A DNA stretch of 64,000 nucleotides from an uncultured virus (IMG/VR IMGVR_UViG_3300033066_001967). Its lineage: Duplodnaviria > Heunggongvirae > Uroviricota > Caudoviricetes. The notes below the pieces were generated by a model. The model did no database searches. It was not told the DNA's origin and saw nothing but the letters and a program-made list of their open reading frames with translations. Below, one piece after another: positions 33,287 through 42,132 of the stretch; the stretch's first letter is position 1; every line of letters begins with the position of its first letter. The position numbers were made by a program, and so were the translations under genes. The stretch lies in the IMG/VR virus record IMGVR_UViG_3300033066_001967; one strand, 5' to 3'.

Positions 33287-33919
33287 CTAGGACCCCAACT
33301 TTTGCAGGGCCTTCTTGCCCAGCTCGACGATCTTGTTCAACGCCTTCTTGGTGACCGTTCTTGCGCGCTCGACCGGCGGCTTCCGCTTCGGCTGTGCGCC
33401 CTTGTTGTTCTTCTTCTGTTTCGTGTCGCGCTTCGGTTTGGAGATTTGCGACTGCTTCGACGAGGCCTTGCGAACCTCTTTGAAGGTGAGCGTGACCTCG
33501 ACGTGCCCGCTGCTCTCGACGGTGACCGGCTCGCTCTTCTTCTGGAGCAGCATGTTCTCGTAGGTGCGGCGCGTCGTCTCGATTTTGAAACGCCACCCGT
33601 TGGACTGCTGGTCCATGATTTCGTCGAGCTGGTCGCTCACCTCGGCGGCGCTCTGCGCGGCTGCGAGCTTCTTGATGATTTCGTCCGGGCTCGCCGGGAA
33701 GTCTGTGAACATCGCGACCAGCACGAGCGGGCGAGGCTTCGCCTTCACGTTGTCCGTGACTGGGATGCCCTTGCTCACCGGGTGGTCGGTGATAATCATC
33801 TCCTTCTCGTGCTGCTGCATCTTGGTGACGTCGATTTCCTTCGTCCACACGAGCACGTCGTTCTCGTCGAACACCGTCAGCTTGGTCCGCTTTTGCGGGA
33901 ATGGAATTAGACCGCTCAT
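33287..33919 (-). CDS. Dit-like tail/baseplate protein
   Basis: H......TDHPV..G..VTDN...P; T..R.YENM.L; F.EVR. Confidence 0.75.
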   Translation of the reverse strand: MSGLIPFPQKRTKLTVFDENDVLVWTKEIDVTKMQQHEKEMIITDHPVSKGIPVTDNVKAKPRPLVLVAMFTDFPASPDEIIKKLAAAQSAAEVSDQLDEIMDQQSNGWRFKIETTRRTYENMLLQKKSEPVTVESSGHVEVTLTFKEVRKASSKQSQISKPKRDTKQKKNNKGAQPKRKPPVERARTVTKKALNKIVELGKKALQKLGS

Positions 33920-35751
33920 CGCGTAGCCGCCGGATAAGCTGCGCGCAGCTCGCTAGAGAGAAAGTCTTTCATAGCCGCGCTGCTCTGGTTCGCGACCTCG
34001 CGAGCGTCCATGCCGGGCGCGGCGTTGATGGTCTGATTGATGCTCGCGCTGGCGGAGCTGTTGTTGATGTTGGTTGAGCTGTTGCTCACCGACGATGTGC
34101 TTGGCGTGACCACAGTGCCGCCGCCGAAGAGCGAGCCGAGCGCGCTCTTGACCGGGCCGATGAGGTTGTCGAGCACCCTCGACGCGACGCCGCTGACGGC
34201 CTCACCGATGTACGAAAAGAAGTCGACGAACATCTGCTTGAACCCGCCCATCACAGAGCCGAAGTCCTCCTTCAGTTTATCCAGCGCGGCGGCGATGCCT
34301 CCCTCGGTGAAGAGCGCGATGAGTTCGGTCACGTAGAGCGTGACGTCTTTGACGATGCTTGCGGCTTCCTCGAAGCCGCCGACGAACGCGCCGATGAAGT
34401 CGGCGACGGTGCCTCCGATGAACGAGAGCGTGTCGCCGGCAGCGTTCTTGTAGAAGTCCATCGCGACCTGCACCGAGTCGCTGAACTCTTTCCACAGTCC
34501 GGTGAGGCCGCCGTCCTTGAACGCGTTGGCGAGGTCGACAACGAACAGCGCGGCCATCTTGAGCGCGCCGCCCATCTCGCCGATGAGCACCATGATGCCG
34601 CCGAGGATGGGCGAAGTCTCGTTGAGCGAGTTGGTCCACTCGTCCCACGACTCGACGATGGTCCCGATGACCGAGTCCTTGCCTTGCAGGAAGCCGAGGA
34701 AGTCCTCGACCACGAGGAAGAGCGCGATGAACGGCGCGGCGGCAACGACCCACGCTGCGACGGTCGCGATGGCCGCAGCGACCGCTTCGCCCTTGAGCGC
34801 AAGAAAGATTGCGCCGAGAGGCGCGGCGTAGTCGCCGATGGTCTTGAGCGCGCCGACGAACGTGTCGACGGCGCCGCCCACGACCTGGCCTATCTCGTTG
34901 AGCGTGCTTCCGACGTTGAACAAAAAGAGGCGCAGCTCGGGCCCGTACTTGCGCGCGAGGTCCTCGAACCACTTCATCACGCCATTGATGACGGGCTGGA
35001 AGCCCATCGCGAACCAGTTCTTCAGTCCCTCGCGGAACGTCTTGAGCCGGTCACCAGTGTCGTTGAAGGCCTCGCCGAGCTTGAACAGCTTCTCGGGCAC
35101 GCGCCCGCCGAGCTGCTCGAACTCCTCGCGCATGGCCATGATTTCTTCGATGCTCTTACCGAACAGCTCGCGGATGTTGGCGCCGCCTTTGCCGAAGAAC
35201 TCCATCCCCTTCGCGGCCCGCTTGGCCTCGTCCGGTATCTTCGACAGCTCGCCGAGGATATCTCCGAGCACCTCGCCGGCCTGCTTGAACTGCCCGCTAT
35301 CGTTTTTCAACTCGACGCCGAGCTTCTTGTACGACGCGATAGCTTCTTTGTTGCCGTTGATAGCGGACCCGATATCCTTGTTGAGCATGCGCAGCGCGTT
35401 CTGCATCTCGCCTGCGGAGGAGCCGGTGAGCTGTGCTACGTATCCCCACTCCTCCAGCTCATCTCGGCTGATGCCGAGCTTGTTGGACAGGTCGTTGAGG
35501 TGGTCGGCGGCGTTGGCCGACTCCGCGCTCATCTCGTAGAGAGCCTCGAACGGCGCGATGACAGCCTCGCCAATGGTCTTCATCGCTTCGAGTGCTTCGT
35601 TGAATGCGTGGAACGGCGCGCGCACCGACTCGAAAATCTCGCGCATGTTCTCAAGCTCGTGAACAACGTGCTTGAGCTTGTCGACGCCCTCGACCGAGAA
35701 GCCGAGGCTGACGAGGAAGTTACCTAGTGTCTCTGTCCCTCCGCCGGCCAT
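33916..35751 (-). CDS. Tape measure protein
   Basis: FLVSLGF start; helical Ala/Gly-rich; periodic aromatic residues; follows tail chaperone. Confidence 0.9.
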   Translation of the reverse strand: MAGGGTETLGNFLVSLGFSVEGVDKLKHVVHELENMREIFESVRAPFHAFNEALEAMKTIGEAVIAPFEALYEMSAESANAADHLNDLSNKLGISRDELEEWGYVAQLTGSSAGEMQNALRMLNKDIGSAINGNKEAIASYKKLGVELKNDSGQFKQAGEVLGDILGELSKIPDEAKRAAKGMEFFGKGGANIRELFGKSIEEIMAMREEFEQLGGRVPEKLFKLGEAFNDTGDRLKTFREGLKNWFAMGFQPVINGVMKWFEDLARKYGPELRLFLFNVGSTLNEIGQVVGGAVDTFVGALKTIGDYAAPLGAIFLALKGEAVAAAIATVAAWVVAAAPFIALFLVVEDFLGFLQGKDSVIGTIVESWDEWTNSLNETSPILGGIMVLIGEMGGALKMAALFVVDLANAFKDGGLTGLWKEFSDSVQVAMDFYKNAAGDTLSFIGGTVADFIGAFVGGFEEAASIVKDVTLYVTELIALFTEGGIAAALDKLKEDFGSVMGGFKQMFVDFFSYIGEAVSGVASRVLDNLIGPVKSALGSLFGGGTVVTPSTSSVSNSSTNINNSSASASINQTINAAPGMDAREVANQSSAAMKDFLSSELRAAYPAATR

Positions 35752-35760
35752 CCTCTTCCT

Positions 35761-36048
35761 TTACTCCCCGGCGAACTCCGTCGCGTCCTTGCGCGCTTCC
35801 GCCGCCCTAAGTTCCGAGTCCTCTTGCATGTCGAGCAGCTCGTTGTAATCGAACACCTTTGCCAAGCTCCACGACCTGCATATCTCCTCGTCCGTCGCCC
35901 AGCCTGCGGCGACGAGCCGCATGATGGGGTATCGCCATGCTAGGTGCTCTGGGACGCTGCGGGACGCTTCGCCTGTAGCAAGGAGGCGAGCGACCCGAAA
36001 CGCTCTTTCAGAGCGGCCAGCGGCGAGCCGAGCATGGCCTTGAAAAAA
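35761..36048 (-). CDS. -1 frame extension of tail assembly chaperone (G-T-like fusion)
   Basis: Slippery T TTT TTC at 36048-36042 enters the frame of ORF 35761..36276, ending ...WSLAKVFDYNELLD... Confidence 0.7.
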   Translation of the reverse strand, partial: FFQGHARLAAGRSERAFRVARLLATGEASRSVPEHLAWRYPIMRLVAAGWATDEEICRSWSLAKVFDYNELLDMQEDSELRAAEARKDATEFAGE

Positions 36049-36455
36049 TCCCCGTACTGCTCCTGCGCGGCCCACTTGAGGAAGGCCACCATGTCGGCGG
36101 TCTTGCCGAGAAAGTGACCCTTCCACGTTGGGCCGAGTTCTTGTTCTCTCCCGTCGGGATGGACGATGACGGCGGTGCCCCACAGCGCGTCGAGCGCGCT
36201 CTGGACCTCGGGCTTGTCGAGGTGCTTGAGCGCCTCGCCGACGAGGTTGCCGAGCGCCGGGATGGCCGCCAGCCACTTGTTCTCCTCGTCCTTGTCGGGG
36301 AGCTTGAACTCACTGAACGCCTTCTGCACGGCGGGGCCGGCGAGCACCGCTGCCAGCTTGGTGCCGTGCTTGAGCGCGTCGGGAGGCGCGAGCGGTCGCA
36401 GCTTGTAGACCACATCGTTGATTGTGGTCTGTGGGTTTCCTTCGGAGAACGACAT
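35940..36455 (-). CDS. Tail assembly chaperone
   Basis: Position between tube and tape measure; ends ...YGDFF at the slippery site; AAGGAAGG RBS. Confidence 0.75.
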   Translation of the reverse strand: MSFSEGNPQTTINDVVYKLRPLAPPDALKHGTKLAAVLAGPAVQKAFSEFKLPDKDEENKWLAAIPALGNLVGEALKHLDKPEVQSALDALWGTAVIVHPDGREQELGPTWKGHFLGKTADMVAFLKWAAQEQYGDFFKAMLGSPLAALKERFGSLASLLQAKRPAASQST

Positions 36456-36538
36456 CGGGACACCTTCCTTCCTGGGGTTGTAGTCGAGGACTTCTATGTC
36501 GCCGCGACCGCGAAACTACTCGCCGCCTCGGTCGATTT

Positions 36539-36982
36539 TTACGTCAGCGAGACCTGGCCGCCGACGAAGCTGGTGGCTTGACCGGTGTCGATGACCCACA
36601 GGTTGCCGCCGACTTCCGCCGCATAGTTCACTTCCTTGGGCGGTCCCACAATCCACGCGCCCGGCGCGTTGACGAGGAACGTGCCGAGCAGGTTCTTCAC
36701 CATGCACGGCAGCACCACGCCGTTCGGCGCGGCATCGTCGGCGAGGTGGAACGCCATGAGCACGTCGTTCGAGAGCGAGGTCTGGAGCAGCTCGACGGTA
36801 ATCATCACCGTCTTGTCGTTGCTCTTCGAGCGGGCGACCTCGCCGTCGGTGCCGACGGTCTTCTTGAAGCGCTCCTGGAAGCCGACCTTGACGCGGCTGC
36901 CCGAGACAGTCCCCTGGATGAGGGCCCCACCGAAAACGATGGAGACCTGTGCCGGGTCGTATGCTGAAAGTTTCGCTCCCAT
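36539..36982 (-). CDS. Tail tube protein (DUF3277-like)
   Basis: YDP.QV...G; G.DGEV; LLQTS.SN..L; W.I. Confidence 0.85.
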   Translation of the reverse strand: MGAKLSAYDPAQVSIVFGGALIQGTVSGSRVKVGFQERFKKTVGTDGEVARSKSNDKTVMITVELLQTSLSNDVLMAFHLADDAAPNGVVLPCMVKNLLGTFLVNAPGAWIVGPPKEVNYAAEVGGNLWVIDTGQATSFVGGQVSLT

Positions 36983-36991
36983 CGTTTCTCC

Positions 36992-38323
36992 TTAGACCGA
37001 CACAGTGCCGGCGATGACCAGGTTGTGGATGGCTCCAGCGAGCGTGCCGGTGAAGGTCACGTTCGGGAGCGTGCGCGCTGCTTTGTTGACGCTGTCGACC
37101 GAGGCCGCCTTCGGCACGGTGACGGTGTACTGCGGGCTCTCCGCGAGGCCACCGGCTTCGACGCCGCGTTGCAGCACCGAGCGGACGGCGCTCTCGATTT
37201 GCGCGATGCCGGGGTCCGTGAACGGCACCTTCGCCTGCGTCGTGAGGACGTTGAAGATGGCTTCCTGTATGCGGGCGTAGAGCCAGTCGACAAACCGGAT
37301 GGTGTCGACGAACTCGCCTTGGCAGGTCTTGCCTTCCTCGGTCGTGTTCGTGCCGGCGACGTTGATGTAGAAGTTCGCGTTCTTGGCTCGGAGCTGCGTG
37401 AGCTGCGAGTCGGTGAGCTTCGTCGCGCCGACGCCGGCCAGCGTCTTGAACTTCATGCTCTCGGAGCCCGGGACGAACGGCAGCCAGCGTCCGAGGAACG
37501 CCGCGTCGTCTTGGTCCATGTGGCCGTCGTTCCAGAAGAGAGCCGAGCGCGTGTACGCTTGGTTCTTCATGTACGACGCCACGTCGGCGGCGCCCGATAC
37601 AATGATGTCCTGGTTCATGGTGCCGCCGACGAAGAACTTCCGGCGGCTCTGCACCCAAGCGCCCTGTGCCTTGATTTCGTCTTCGCCCTTGGACGTGCCG
37701 ATGAAGCCGTACCAGTCGGCGTCCTCCAGCTCGATGTTGTTCAGGTCGGTGGCCACGCCTGCGTCAGCAGTGGTGTCTTTCCACGTGCTGAAGTTGGCGT
37801 TGATGGCCTCCACCTTGAACTTCGGTCCCGTTGCCGGTCCGAGGATGCGGAGGAAGGTCGTCTGGTTGGACGCCGTGAGGCCGGCAGCGCTGTAGCCGTT
37901 CAAAGCCGCAACTGCGGCGCTCAGGCCGTTGATGATTTCGGCGGCGTTCGCCGTGGCGCTGGAGACGAACTGCACCGTCTGGGTCGCGCCGCCGGTGATG
38001 GCCATGCTGAACTTGTAGGTGGTGCTGATGGCCGTGGCTGGAGTGAGTTCGAAGCGCTGCGCAGGCCCGAGCGTGCGACGGCCGACCTTGGCCGACTGCG
38101 GGCGCGGGTTCTGCGAGAACATCTGGCTCACGGCAACATAGGCCGGGTCCGTGGTCGCGAAGCCGTCGGTCACCATGCTGGCTAGAGACGAGTACGAGCG
38201 AACCCGCACGTCGCTGTAGCGCGTGTTGAAGTCGAGGACCAACGGCGTGCCGAAACCGGCCTGCGTGATGGTGCTCGACTGGATGGTGATGGACAGGTTG
38301 ATGATGTCGTCTAGCCCAGCCAT
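36992..38323 (-). CDS. Tail sheath protein (DUF3383-like)
   Basis: AGFGTPL; FSQNPRP..KVGR; KFKTL.GV; GEF.D.IR..DWL; KVPFTD.G; AGAIH. Confidence 0.92.
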   Translation of the reverse strand: MAGLDDIINLSITIQSSTITQAGFGTPLVLDFNTRYSDVRVRSYSSLASMVTDGFATTDPAYVAVSQMFSQNPRPQSAKVGRRTLGPAQRFELTPATAISTTYKFSMAITGGATQTVQFVSSATANAAEIINGLSAAVAALNGYSAAGLTASNQTTFLRILGPATGPKFKVEAINANFSTWKDTTADAGVATDLNNIELEDADWYGFIGTSKGEDEIKAQGAWVQSRRKFFVGGTMNQDIIVSGAADVASYMKNQAYTRSALFWNDGHMDQDDAAFLGRWLPFVPGSESMKFKTLAGVGATKLTDSQLTQLRAKNANFYINVAGTNTTEEGKTCQGEFVDTIRFVDWLYARIQEAIFNVLTTQAKVPFTDPGIAQIESAVRSVLQRGVEAGGLAESPQYTVTVPKAASVDSVNKAARTLPNVTFTGTLAGAIHNLVIAGTVSV

Positions 38324-38327
38324 GTAC

Positions 38328-38909
38328 TCAATCTCCTTCGACGGTAAACGTACCGCCGTTGTCCGGTTTCACGCCCCCAAGCACCTGCCCAGTTCCTTGG
38401 ACCGTCTCGATGTTCGGCGCCGAGAACGCGGCGTCCACGTTCACGGCGATGTTCAAATTAACTGTGAGGGAGGTGCGGCTGACGGGTTTAGCTCCGTCTT
38501 CGACTGCGTCGAGGTTCCGCGCTCCACTGAAGTCTGACACAGCAACGCCCACCGGCGCAAGCCAGCGCGCACACACCTCGGCAATGTCGAGCGCTATGGA
38601 GAGCGAGTCGATGAGCGCGGTGCTGTTCGAGCCGGCTCTGAAGTCGTCGGTGATTGCCTGGATATCCACCTGCGCGGTGCGCGATGCGTAGTACGTTTGC
38701 TCGACCTTGTTGGTCTCCGCGTTGAACTCGTTGACCGTCGCGCCGTCGCCGATGCTTCCCCACGACAGCCATTGCAGGCGCACGTATGGACGGGTGGGTT
38801 GAGGTCCGGTGCCGAACGACCACGTCGCCGGCACGCCAAGCGCTTCTTTCACGAGCGCGACGAACGCGTTCTCGATTGCTCGCCACTGCATGCCGGCTGG
38901 CATTGTCAT
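38328..38909 (-). CDS. Neck/tail terminator protein
   Basis: P.P.RPY..L motif; position upstream of sheath. Confidence 0.7.
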   Translation of the reverse strand: MTMPAGMQWRAIENAFVALVKEALGVPATWSFGTGPQPTRPYVRLQWLSWGSIGDGATVNEFNAETNKVEQTYYASRTAQVDIQAITDDFRAGSNSTALIDSLSIALDIAEVCARWLAPVGVAVSDFSGARNLDAVEDGAKPVSRTSLTVNLNIAVNVDAAFSAPNIETVQGTGQVLGGVKPDNGGTFTVEGD

Positions 38910-39298
38910 TGGTCAACCGCCGTTCCGACAGCGGTCCAGTAGTTGCCGTCGTTCGAGCGGTCCCAAAACAAGCTCACCTCGTAGGCCACACCGTTCCACA
39001 CGATGATGTCGCCGGGCTTGCCGTTCTCCCTGCGGAGCGGGCGCAGCTCGGACGTGCTCCACACCTTGATGAGCCTCTTCATGCGCGAAGCTTCGGGCAG
39101 CTCTTCCTTCTCGTCGGTGTATGCCTGGCAAACACCGGTGAATTGCACGCCGTCAGAAAAGCCATCGACCCATCTGCCGTCGACCCACGAGCCGCTCTCG
39201 CCGGCTCGGATGAGGGTGAGCTGCGCCTGCTGAGACAAGCGACGCAGCGCGCTGCCTGGTCCGTTCTGAAGGTTTATCTTGGCGACGGTGTTGCTCAT
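38906..39298 (-). CDS. Head closure / head-tail joining protein
   Basis: G.WVDGRWV; LPE..R; D.I.WNG..YEV. Confidence 0.7.
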   Translation of the reverse strand: MSNTVAKINLQNGPGSALRRLSQQAQLTLIRAGESGSWVDGRWVDGFSDGVQFTGVCQAYTDEKEELPEASRMKRLIKVWSTSELRPLRRENGKPGDIIVWNGVAYEVSLFWDRSNDGNYWTAVGTAVDQ

Positions 39299-39804
39299 CG
39301 CGTCTGCCCTTTGCGCACGGTGCCTTCGTACTTCACCTTGATGGACGCGTAGAGCGAGCCGGTGGCGTAGAGCGCGACGTGCGGACGAGGGTAGCCTTTG
39401 TGCCTCTTCGCCAGAACGGTGTCGTCCTTGAGCGGCGGAGCTATGCCCCGAAGCAGCCGCGCCTGCATGTCGGCGAGCATCTCAAACCCGAGCGGCATGA
39501 TGGCCTGCATCAGGTTGGCGATGTCGCCCATGACGTACTTACGCATCAGCGTCGCGCCGAGCGCCTTGTACTTCTGTTTGTTCTCGCGCAACGGCGCGCG
39601 CACGAACGAGCGCGCTGGAATGTGCTCGGTGCCGTATTCGTGGATGTTGGCGAGCTGTGCGTTGGTGAGACCGCTGCCTGGGTCGACGCGGGACGCGTCC
39701 TCAGCGTGAACGCCGATGCTGACCGTCGCTTTGCCAGCCTCGATGCGCCTCACCAGCTCGTTGAGCTTGGAGAAGTCGCCCGTGAGCTTGGCCGTACCGG
39801 CCAC
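39295..39804 (-). CDS. Neck 1 / tail completion protein
   Basis: NAQLA.IHEYGT.HIPARSF.R; PPL...T...K; L..TG.L..SI. Confidence 0.8.
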   Translation of the reverse strand: MAGTAKLTGDFSKLNELVRRIEAGKATVSIGVHAEDASRVDPGSGLTNAQLANIHEYGTEHIPARSFVRAPLRENKQKYKALGATLMRKYVMGDIANLMQAIMPLGFEMLADMQARLLRGIAPPLKDDTVLAKRHKGYPRPHVALYATGSLYASIKVKYEGTVRKGQTR

Positions 39805-39806
39805 GG

Positions 39807-40244
39807 CTAGAGCCCGCCGCCGCTATCGAACGGGTCGTTGCTCGCGACGCCACGAGGGTTGTCGAACTGGTCGCGCTTGAACGCCGGCTGCACCTGGCTC
39901 GCGTCGGCGTTCGCTGCTTCAACAGCGGTCACGTCAACGCCGCCCATGGTGGGCAGCGCGAGGCTCGCGCTCTTCTGTTCGAGCTTGGCCGCCAGCGCTT
40001 CGTAGTGGTCGAACATCTGCGACGCGCTTTCGCTGACGTCGCCGACCGACACATCGCGCAGGCGCGCGTACTTGGCAGCGAGCATCCGGGCGACTTGCGC
40101 CGCACCGAGCTGCCCGCTGCCGAAGTTCGTGATGACATACTGGTACTCCGCGTCCGACATCTGCTCGTCGGTCAAGTCGGTGTCGCCGACGAGCAATCTA
40201 AGCTCGTCCGTCGACCCCGCAGTTGGAGCACCCGTGTACGGCAT
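39807..40244 (-). CDS. Head-tail adaptor protein
   Basis: LRLLVGDTD....SDAE; AAKYAR..D..VG..S. Confidence 0.75.
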   Translation of the reverse strand: MPYTGAPTAGSTDELRLLVGDTDLTDEQMSDAEYQYVITNFGSGQLGAAQVARMLAAKYARLRDVSVGDVSESASQMFDHYEALAAKLEQKSASLALPTMGGVDVTAVEAANADASQVQPAFKRDQFDNPRGVASNDPFDSGGGL

Positions 40245-40247
40245 CGT

Positions 40248-40553
40248 TTACGCTCGCTTCTCTTTCTGAATTTTCGCGCGCTTCGGAGGCTTCGCCGCGA
40301 CGATTGGCGCGACGCGCACCTTGTCGTCTTCGTCGTCCTCGTCGTCGTGCGAGCTGCCGGGCTTCGCGTGCGTGGGCAGACCCTTCGGCGGCTTCTCGTC
40401 CTTGCCGAGAGGCTGCCATACGATGCTGCCGGTGTTGATGCACGCCTTGAACGTGCTCCAGCTCGTGCACTCCGGCACCGGGTCACCGGGCTGAAGTTGA
40501 ACGGTCTGACCGTCGCGAACGACCTTGATTGCTTTGCCTGCTACGTATGCCAT
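40248..40553 (-). CDS. Small head-associated protein
   Basis: AAGGAG RBS; PGDPVPE..W motif; follows capsid gene. Confidence 0.6.
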   Translation of the reverse strand: MAYVAGKAIKVVRDGQTVQLQPGDPVPECTSWSTFKACINTGSIVWQPLGKDEKPPKGLPTHAKPGSSHDDEDDEDDKVRVAPIVAAKPPKRAKIQKEKRA

Positions 40554-40560
40554 GACTGAA

Positions 40561-40652
40561 AGCTCCTTCTGGGTGAGAGAGTAAGCCGTACCCGGCCAGC
40601 GACACAACATTGAACGCATGTGTCTCGTATCCTCTCACCCCAGGGAGGAAGC
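40561..40652 (-). promoter_or_regulatory. Long hairpin between capsid gene and next gene, covering the RBS
   Basis: CTGGGTGAGAG (40569-79)/CTCTCACCCAG (40632-42); inner GACACA/TGTGTC; outer AGCT/AGCT. Confidence 0.6.
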
Positions 40653-40664
40653 TGGTCACGTCGA

Positions 40665-41639
40665 TTACGAGTCGACGGTCTTGAACAGGACGCCGAGGTC
40701 GGAGGCCACGATTTTCATCGCGTAGGCCATCTCACCCTCGATGCGGTCGCTGCGCGCCAGGTCGTTGCGCATGCGCATGATGCGCAGGCCCGACGTGGCG
40801 GACAGGTACTGGCGCCAGGTGAAGATGTAGCCGGCGCTCGGCATCAAGATGCCGGGCGTGGGCGCGGCGTAGAGCAGCAACGCCGAGTCCTCAGTGAAGA
40901 TGAAGTCCATCGAGTCCGCCGCGCCTTCTTCAGACGTGTTGTACACGATGTCCGCGACCACGATTTGTTCGAGGCCGAGGATGGCCGCGATGGTCTGCTC
41001 GTTGGTGAACGCGGGGTTGTTCGGGCTCGACTGCCCGTACTTGATGCGGTCGATGACCGCAGCGTTGTCGAGCACGACGTCCCAGGCAGCAGCGCCGAAC
41101 ACCATCTTGTTCGGCTTGATGCCCGTCTTCTTCTTCATCGCCCGGATTTCCTTGCGGATGTCCTTGATGGGGTCACCGTTGGCGGTGTCCCACTTGTTGC
41201 CGGGGACGATGTCGTTGCCCGTGCTCGAACCCGTCCAGGTGTTGAGCGCGAAGAACGTCTGCGCGAAGTCGTAGTCGCGTTTCAGCGTGAGCTGCTGCGT
41301 GACGAACCGGCTCGCGTCGGCGTCCATGTTGAGGACCGGGTCCGCGTTGCTGCGGATTTGGTCGTCCACGTCTTTGTGCAACGCGTTGACGTCGCACGTG
41401 TACGTGGCGGTTTGCAGGTCGTAGCCCGACCCGACCGATTCAGTTCCAGGCGCGCGCTTGCGAGCTTGGATGCGGAACCAGTTGCCCTTCGGATAAACGA
41501 AGTAGCTGTCCGACTTGTTGTCGACCGGCACGTACGGGAAGACCTTGTCGGCCACCGTTTCGAGCGTGCCGGTGTAGGCCACGCTGAGGTCCGTGAGCGG
41601 TTTGTTGACGTGAACGTCGCTGAGTGTTGGTTGCGGCAT
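40665..41639 (-). CDS. Major capsid protein (HK97 fold)
   Basis: HVNKPLT.LSVAY; ADKVFP.VPV; R.PG; W.....DPI.DI; PN.MV; PSAGY.F.W. Confidence 0.9.
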   Translation of the reverse strand: MPQPTLSDVHVNKPLTDLSVAYTGTLETVADKVFPYVPVDNKSDSYFVYPKGNWFRIQARKRAPGTESVGSGYDLQTATYTCDVNALHKDVDDQIRSNADPVLNMDADASRFVTQQLTLKRDYDFAQTFFALNTWTGSSTGNDIVPGNKWDTANGDPIKDIRKEIRAMKKKTGIKPNKMVFGAAAWDVVLDNAAVIDRIKYGQSSPNNPAFTNEQTIAAILGLEQIVVADIVYNTSEEGAADSMDFIFTEDSALLLYAAPTPGILMPSAGYIFTWRQYLSATSGLRIMRMRNDLARSDRIEGEMAYAMKIVASDLGVLFKTVDS

Positions 41640-41657
41640 GTTCTTCTATCCTCCCGC

Positions 41658-42062
41658 TTACGAAGCGTTGGTGACCGGGCCGTGGTATGCGAAGACCATG
41701 GCAATCTTCGAACCCGCGCCCGCTGCGGATTCGAGAGAGTAGCCATAGATGTGGTTGCCGACGCCGGCAGCCGCCGTGATGGCGCGCCCGACGGAGTCGG
41801 TCATGAGAGGCAAGCCCGCAGACGCAATCGCGACGCCGGCCTCCACCTTGGTGACGCCGCCACCGGCGACGCACACGGGGTCGCCAACGGCACCCGTGTC
41901 TTGGATGACGCCAGCGAGGCCTTTCTGGCCGGCTGTCGCGGCGCGCACCATCGCCCCTGCGGGCGTGGTGCCGTACTGCACGAAGCGGAATGCGCTGGCG
42001 GTGAGGGCGATGTCGCCGCTCACGACGCCAGCGAGTCGCAGTTGTGGTCCTTCAAAAGCCAT
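41658..42062 (-). CDS. Capsid decoration/cement protein (DUF2190-like)
   Basis: FRFV; GV.Q; G..V.V...G.TKVEAG; D..GRA; LE.A. Confidence 0.75.
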   Translation of the reverse strand: MAFEGPQLRLAGVVSGDIALTASAFRFVQYGTTPAGAMVRAATAGQKGLAGVIQDTGAVGDPVCVAGGGVTKVEAGVAIASAGLPLMTDSVGRAITAAAGVGNHIYGYSLESAAGAGSKIAMVFAYHGPVTNAS

Positions 42063-42132
42063 TTTGCTACTCCATTTTTCTGACCGAGCTAACGGTCAAT
42101 GACGAACGTTTTGGTTCTTGCTTCGCTTCCGC

